Assembly (NCBI GenBank): GCA_963751335.1
Contig: CAVVUB010000001.1
Coordinates: forward strand, 325,704-389,703
DNA: 64,000 nucleotides
Reading direction: 5' to 3'
Source: an uncultured Acidimicrobiaceae bacterium
GTDB taxonomy: Bacteria; Actinomycetota; Acidimicrobiia; Acidimicrobiales; RAAP-2
Numbering within the stretch: position 1 is the first letter of the stretch; every line of letters starts with the position of its first letter. The notes beneath the pieces were generated by a model that did not search any database, was not told the origin of the DNA, and worked only from the letters and a program-made list of their open reading frames with translations. Of this stretch, positions 59,535 to 64,000 are shown one piece after another. A program made the position numbers and the translations under genes.

Positions 59535-60426
59535 GTGGCGCTGGCCGCGTCGGCCGCCTTCCCCGACCTCTTCGAGGAGGGGCCGCTGCTGATCGGCGGC
59601 GCTGGCCGAGCTCGGCCTCGAGGCGGAAACGGCGGTGTGGAACGACCCCGCCGTGCGCTGGACGGACTACGACCTGGTCGCTGGCCAACGGGGTCTGGGA
59701 CAACATCCGCCACGTCGACGACTTCGTGCGCTGGACCGAGACGCTCGAGCACGACGGGGTGCGCGGTGGTCAACTCCCCCGCCACCCTGCGCTGGAACCT
59801 GGACAAGCGCTACCTGCGCCAGCTCGAAGCGGCGGGCGTCCCGGTGGTGCCGACGATCGTGGGTGGAACGGACCGCGCGGCCGGTCGACCTCGACGGCGA
59901 GGTCGTGGTCAAGCCGACGATCTCGGGCGGCGGGCACCAGACGGCGCGCTACGAACCCCACGAGCACGACGACGGCGCCGCCGCCACATCGACGATCTGC
60001 TGGCCTCGGGGCGGGTGGCCATGGTGCAGCCCTACCAGCCGGCCGTCGACGAGGAGGGCGAGGTCGGGCTTGATCTTCCTCGGGGGCAGCCTACAGCCAC
60101 GCCATCCACAAGGACCCGATGATCCGGCGGGGCGCCGGCCCGCTCGACGACCTCATCGACAACCAGGTGGTGGTCGCCGGCGACGCCGGCCGGCGACCAG
60201 CTGGCCCTGGGCCGCCGGGCGGTGGCGGCGGCCGAGCAGATTGCTCGGGCCGACCACCTACGCCCGGGTCGACACGGTCCGCGGGGCCGGGGGCGAGCCG
60301 CTCCTGCTCGAGCTCGAGCTGCTCGACCCGCTGCTCTTCTTCGCCTGGCACCCCGACAAGGTGGCCGGCTTCGCCCGGGTGCTGGCGGACCGGCTCGAGG
60401 TGGGGCGTCCTACGCTCCGATCATGA
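59535..60426 (+). pseudogene. ATP-grasp (RimK/glutathione-synthetase-like) domain protein, heavily frame-broken
   Basis: Reading across frames gives ..WNDPAVRWTDYDLV..VWDNIRHVDDFVRWTETLEHDGVR..NSPATLRWNLDKRYLRQLEAAGVPVVPT..VVKPTISGGGHQTARY..MVQPYQPAVDEEGEVGLIFLGG..TYARVD..EPLLLELELLDP. Confidence 0.5.
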
Positions 60427-61385
60427 CGATCGCCGAGGGCGCCGACACGGCGCAGGTCCGGTGGCCGGAGCTGACGCTGGCCGACTGGTCCGGGACGAAG
60501 GACGCCCTGCACCTCTGGACCCAGGTGGTGGGCAAGGTGCGCCTGAGGCTCGAACCCATGGTCAACCACTGGTGGCAGGTTCCGCTCTACGTGTCCGCCC
60601 GCGGTCTCACCACCTCGTTGATGGACGCCGACGGTCTCGGCCTGGAGATGGAGTTCGACTTCCTCACTCATCGCCTGGAGGTACGCACGGCACACGGCAA
60701 CTACGCGCACGTCGCACTCCAACCGCAGTCGGTCGCCGACTTCTACGCCGCCACCATGGACGCCCTGGTCGCGGTCGGCGCACCGGTCACCATCAATCCG
60801 TGGCCGCAGGAGCTCGCCGACGTGGTGGCCTTTCCCCAGGACACGGCGACGCGCCCCTACGACGCCGACGCGGTGCAGCGCTTCTGGTTGGCCCTGGTCC
60901 AGATGCACCGGGTGATGCAAGTCTTCCGCGCCCGCTTCCAGGGCAAGGTCAGTCCGGTGCACTTCTTCTGGGGTGCGATCGACCTGGCCGTGACCCGGTT
61001 CTCGGGCCGCGAGGCGCCGCGTCATCCCGGTGGGATACCCCATTGCCCCGACTGGGTGCAGCAGATGGCCTACAGCCACGAGGTGAGCAGCTGCGGCTAC
61101 TGGCCCGGAGGCTCGGGCGAAGGATCCTTCTACGCCTACGCCTATCCGGCTCCCGACGGCTTCGCCGCCTGGCCGGTGAAGCCGGAGGCCGCCTTCTTCG
61201 ACGACACCCTGGGCGAGTTCGTGCTGCCCTACACCGCGGTGCGGCACGCCGAGGACCCGGACGCCTTGCTCTTGGCCTTCTTCCAGAGCACGTACGAGGC
61301 CGCGGCCGAGCCGGCCCACTGGGACCGCCAGGCGCTCGAGGTGGGGCCCGATGGCCCGGCCCGGGGACACGTCGGGAGGCACTGA
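60423..61385 (+). CDS. DUF5996-family protein
   Basis: Intact 320 aa from MTIAEGADTAQVRWPELTLADWSGTKDALHLWTQVVGKVRL..NHWWQVPLYVS..HFFWGAIDLAVTRFSG... ATGA overlap with the ATP-grasp stop. Confidence 0.7.
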   Translation: MTIAEGADTAQVRWPELTLADWSGTKDALHLWTQVVGKVRLRLEPMVNHWWQVPLYVSARGLTTSLMDADGLGLEMEFDFLTHRLEVRTAHGNYAHVALQPQSVADFYAATMDALVAVGAPVTINPWPQELADVVAFPQDTATRPYDADAVQRFWLALVQMHRVMQVFRARFQGKVSPVHFFWGAIDLAVTRFSGREAPRHPGGIPHCPDWVQQMAYSHEVSSCGYWPGGSGEGSFYAYAYPAPDGFAAWPVKPEAAFFDDTLGEFVLPYTAVRHAEDPDALLLAFFQSTYEAAAEPAHWDRQALEVGPDGPARGHVGRH

Positions 61386-61403
61386 GGCGGGCAGGCCTTC
61401 TGA

Positions 61404-62765
61404 TCAGGCGTTGCCGATCCGGCGAATCTGCCCCTGATCCTCTTCGAATCGGACACTTTCGACGATGGGCCGAGGAGCGAAGTCCACCACTTCGCCCGGC
61501 TCGGCGTCCGAAACCTCAGACTTGATCGCGACGATGGATCCGGACGTCCGGCCGGACCAATACCGAAGGGCGAGGGGGACGCAGGCGGCCAAGGTGGCCA
61601 CCCCGCCCACCATAATGGCGATCCGCGGATTGGTGACATCGGCGATCCAGCCCACCAGGGGCGCTCCGATGGGTGTGCTGCCGAGGAAGGCGATGGCGTA
61701 GAGCGCCATCACCCGACCACGCATGGCCGGGTCGGCTTGCATCTGAATGGTCGCGTTCGCGGTGGAGATGAACGAGATGCTGCAGAGGCCCATGAGGACC
61801 AAGGCCACCAGCGCCACGACCTCGGTGGGGGCGGCAGCAACGAGGAGGAGCATGACGCCGAAGGCGAGGCCGATCGCGCTGAGCATGGCGATGCTGGGCC
61901 TGCTCCGGTGAGCCACCATCAACCCGCCGACCACCGCGCCTGCTCCCATGGCCGCCATGAGGGCGCTGTAGGTGCCGGCGCCGCCGTGGAACGTGCGGGT
62001 GGCCAGCAGCGGAAGCGTCGTCGTGAAGTTGAAGGCGAAGATGCCCACCACCGCCATGGCCAGCAAGGGATCGCGCAGTTCGCCGGTCGACCACACATAG
62101 CGAAAGCCTTCGCGTACCTGACCCTTCGCCCGGACCACCACCGGACGCCGGTGGAGCTCGGTCGGACGCATCATGAACAGCGCGACCAGGACGGCCACGT
62201 AGGACGCCGCGTTGAACAGGAAGCAGGCCGCCAGGCCGACGGTGAAGATGAGAATTCCTCCGAGCGCCGGGCCGATGACCCGGGCCGAGTTCATGACCAC
62301 GCTGTTGAGGCTGATGGCGTTGGGCATCAGCTCGCGGCCGACCATCTCGGAGACGAAGGTTTGACGAGCCGGGTTGTCGAAGAGGTTGACCACGCCGAAG
62401 AGCGTGGAGATCAGGTAGACCTCCCACATGGTGATGGTCCCGAGCGCCACCAGCAGACCGAGAGCGAGGGCCAGCACGAGCGACGCCGTCTGGGTGAGAT
62501 AGAGGAGCCGCCGCTTGTCGACCCGGTCGACAACCAGCCCGCCCCAGCTGCCGAGCAGCAACATCGGCACGAACTGGAGGGCCGTGACGATGCCGACATT
62601 GAACCCGTTCCCGTGGAGCTGGTCCGAGAGGACGAGCAGGCCCAGGGCGACGGCGTGCATCCAGGTGCCCGAGGCCGAGATCACCTGGCCGATGAAGTAC
62701 AGGCGGAAATTCCGGACCTGCAGCGCCATGAAGGTCTGTCGGGCCGCTCGGGCGATGGGACTCAT
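61404..62765 (-). CDS. MFS transporter (EntS/MFS_3-like efflux type)
   Basis: Intact 453 aa: ..ALQVRNFRLYFIGQVISASGTWMHAVALGLLVL..GGLVVDRVDKRRLL.. with about 12 TM helices. Confidence 0.85.
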   Translation of the reverse strand: MSPIARAARQTFMALQVRNFRLYFIGQVISASGTWMHAVALGLLVLSDQLHGNGFNVGIVTALQFVPMLLLGSWGGLVVDRVDKRRLLYLTQTASLVLALALGLLVALGTITMWEVYLISTLFGVVNLFDNPARQTFVSEMVGRELMPNAISLNSVVMNSARVIGPALGGILIFTVGLAACFLFNAASYVAVLVALFMMRPTELHRRPVVVRAKGQVREGFRYVWSTGELRDPLLAMAVVGIFAFNFTTTLPLLATRTFHGGAGTYSALMAAMGAGAVVGGLMVAHRSRPSIAMLSAIGLAFGVMLLLVAAAPTEVVALVALVLMGLCSISFISTANATIQMQADPAMRGRVMALYAIAFLGSTPIGAPLVGWIADVTNPRIAIMVGGVATLAACVPLALRYWSGRTSGSIVAIKSEVSDAEPGEVVDFAPRPIVESVRFEEDQGQIRRIGNA

Positions 62766-63238
62766 CCGTCGGCCACCAGGAGCTCGAGCAGGCGGGTCAG
62801 GTCCTCCGCGTGCGCCCGCTCAGCCGGGGCGAGAGCGGCCAGCCGTCGGGTGAGAAACGCGTTCTTGAGGGTCCGGATGCGCTGCAGGTTGCGGCGACCT
62901 TCGGCCGTCATCCTCACCCGGACCACCCGGCGGTCGACCTCGTCCGTCTCCCTGGCCACCAGACCGGCGGCCTCCAGTGTGGTCACCAATCGGGTGACCG
63001 TCGGTGGCTGCACCTGCTCGGCCGAGGCGAGTTCGCCCAAGGTGGGATTGCCCAGCCGGTTGACGGTACCGAGGGCCGAGGCCTGAGCCGGTGACAGTCC
63101 GGCCAGAGCCTGCTGACGAAGCTTGCGGTTGAGGCGGGTCACCGCCACGCGAAGCCGGGTGGCCAGCTCCTCGTCGATCTCCGGCCTCCCACCCGCCGCC
63201 TGCGGGTCTGCCAAAGACGATGGTTGGGAGGAACTCAT
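62762..63238 (-). CDS. MarR-family transcriptional regulator
   Basis: ..LSPAQASALGTVNRLGNPTLGELASAEQVQPPTVTRLVTTLEAAGLVARETDEVDRRVVRVRMT is a winged-HTH sequence. ATGA-type overlap with the MFS start. Confidence 0.85.
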   Translation of the reverse strand: MSSSQPSSLADPQAAGGRPEIDEELATRLRVAVTRLNRKLRQQALAGLSPAQASALGTVNRLGNPTLGELASAEQVQPPTVTRLVTTLEAAGLVARETDEVDRRVVRVRMTAEGRRNLQRIRTLKNAFLTRRLAALAPAERAHAEDLTRLLELLVADG

Positions 63239-63248
63239 GCCACCAGTA

Positions 63249-63267
63249 TAGTTACTTATGCTAACTA
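63249..63267. promoter_or_regulatory. A/T-rich inverted repeat TAGTTA-N7-TAACTA 11 nt upstream of the marR start (candidate MarR operator)
   Basis: tagtta at 63249-63254 is the reverse complement of taacta at 63262-63267. This is the only A/T-rich patch in the intergenic region. Confidence 0.35.
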
Positions 63268-63327
63268 ATGGACCGCCGGATCGCGGCAATGCCTCAGAAC
63301 TTCAGTCCCCCTCGCGTGGCCGCCGGA

Positions 63328-64000
63328 CTACGACCAGAGTTCAGCCCGGCGCGACCACCAGGCCTCGGCAGCGGTCATCGCGCCTTCGGCCTCGCCGATC
63401 CCATCGCCCACGAGCCCTGCGGTGGCTGCCCAGTGCAGGGGTACAAGGGCGAGAGCCCCGGGGAGCCATCGGTACTCGTCGCGAGTCAACGGTTCCGGAG
63501 CCGTGCTTTCGTAGGCGTCGAGCAGTCGTCGCGGCTCGAGCAAATCGCCGCTCGGTGCGACCTGGTGCAGGCTGGCCGCGAGGTCGTACAGCCGCTCCCT
63601 GACCCTCGCGAAATCCAGGTCGAAGGTGGCCCATGAGCCGTCTGACAGTTCTCCCGCGTTGCCCAATTTGTAGTCCCCATGAATCGGAGCGCATGGCAGT
63701 TCGACCTCCTTCCGGAGCGTGGAGAGCTCGCCAGTCAGTTGGCGCATCCGATGCACGACCGGCTCGCTGCGGGGTCCGAGCCTGCGGCGTGTGAAGCCGA
63801 CCGAGTAACGCAGTTGGCCGAAGGTTCTGTGGTCGTCGAGGGGTTCGGGCGGACTGGGCTCCCAGACTGCTTTGAGCGCAGTGTGAAGGCGTCCGAGCTC
63901 CTCGAATAGGCGGACGTAGGAGTCCTCGTCCGTCCGTGGCTGCACGTGATCGATGAACTCCTCAAGCTCAGCCCAACGATCAGCGACCCTCAGGAGGTCG
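63328..64000 (-). CDS. Aminoglycoside/choline-kinase-type phosphotransferase (APH fold), N-terminus beyond the window end
   Basis: ..PIHGDYKLGNAGELSDGSWATFDLDFARVRERLYDLA matches the HGD..N catalytic loop plus the D-x-D/E region of the APH/ChoK family. Confidence 0.6.
   Translation of the reverse strand, partial: DLLRVADRWAELEEFIDHVQPRTDEDSYVRLFEELGRLHTALKAVWEPSPPEPLDDHRTFGQLRYSVGFTRRRLGPRSEPVVHRMRQLTGELSTLRKEVELPCAPIHGDYKLGNAGELSDGSWATFDLDFARVRERLYDLAASLHQVAPSGDLLEPRRLLDAYESTAPEPLTRDEYRWLPGALALVPLHWAATAGLVGDGIGEAEGAMTAAEAWWSRRAELWS

Overview
High-GC actinobacterial chromosome segment. I found no unambiguous novel defence or toxin system.

Layout:
- 1-5.4 kb: a decayed integrative element or prophage abutting tRNA-Leu(GAG). 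It holds an IS110-family transposase tail, a dual-specificity phosphatase, a nonsense-mutated Doc toxin, a compact WhiB-like protein, two paralogous small secreted proteins, a truncated HK97-type capsid gene fused by deletion to an integrase C-terminal fragment, and a structured 0.5 kb non-coding gap.
- 5.5-27.6 kb: conserved housekeeping block on the minus strand. It reads coaE-uvrB ... uvrA ... nadA ... uvrC-rapZ-yvcK-gap-pgk-tpiA-secG plus a family-5 solute-binding lipoprotein. A 14-blade Vgb-like secreted repeat protein, a DUF427 protein, a class III cyclase and a KTSC protein are interspersed. No whiA sits between yvcK and gap.
- 27.6-32.3 kb: a roughly 1540-codon AftD-like (DUF3367) GT-C glycosyltransferase.
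- 32.3-41.3 kb: small accessory enzymes (methyltransferases, PAP2, SDR, two VOC, two DinB-type, GNAT, Mth938-like, lipoproteins).
- 41.4-55.6 kb: a cell-envelope glycan locus with GT4, a Wzx-like flippase, an acyltransferase-3/SGNH protein, GT2+DUF2304, an FAD oxidoreductase and four polytopic GT-C-like proteins.
- 55.6-64 kb: Dpp/Opp-type permeases with a fused double ATPase, ATP-grasp, DUF5996, MFS+MarR, and a partial phosphotransferase.

The dominant signal is technical. Roughly forty reading-frame breaks hit about 18 genes, including tpiA, pgk, uvrB and coaE. Nearly all behave as +1 single-base insertions and they are clustered, so I read most of these 'pseudogenes' as consensus errors, not biology.

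The most interesting biological leads are the GT-C-rich glycan locus with the AftD-like gene, the Doc / Cys-phosphatase neighbourhood, and the structured non-coding gap at 2.6-3.1 kb.
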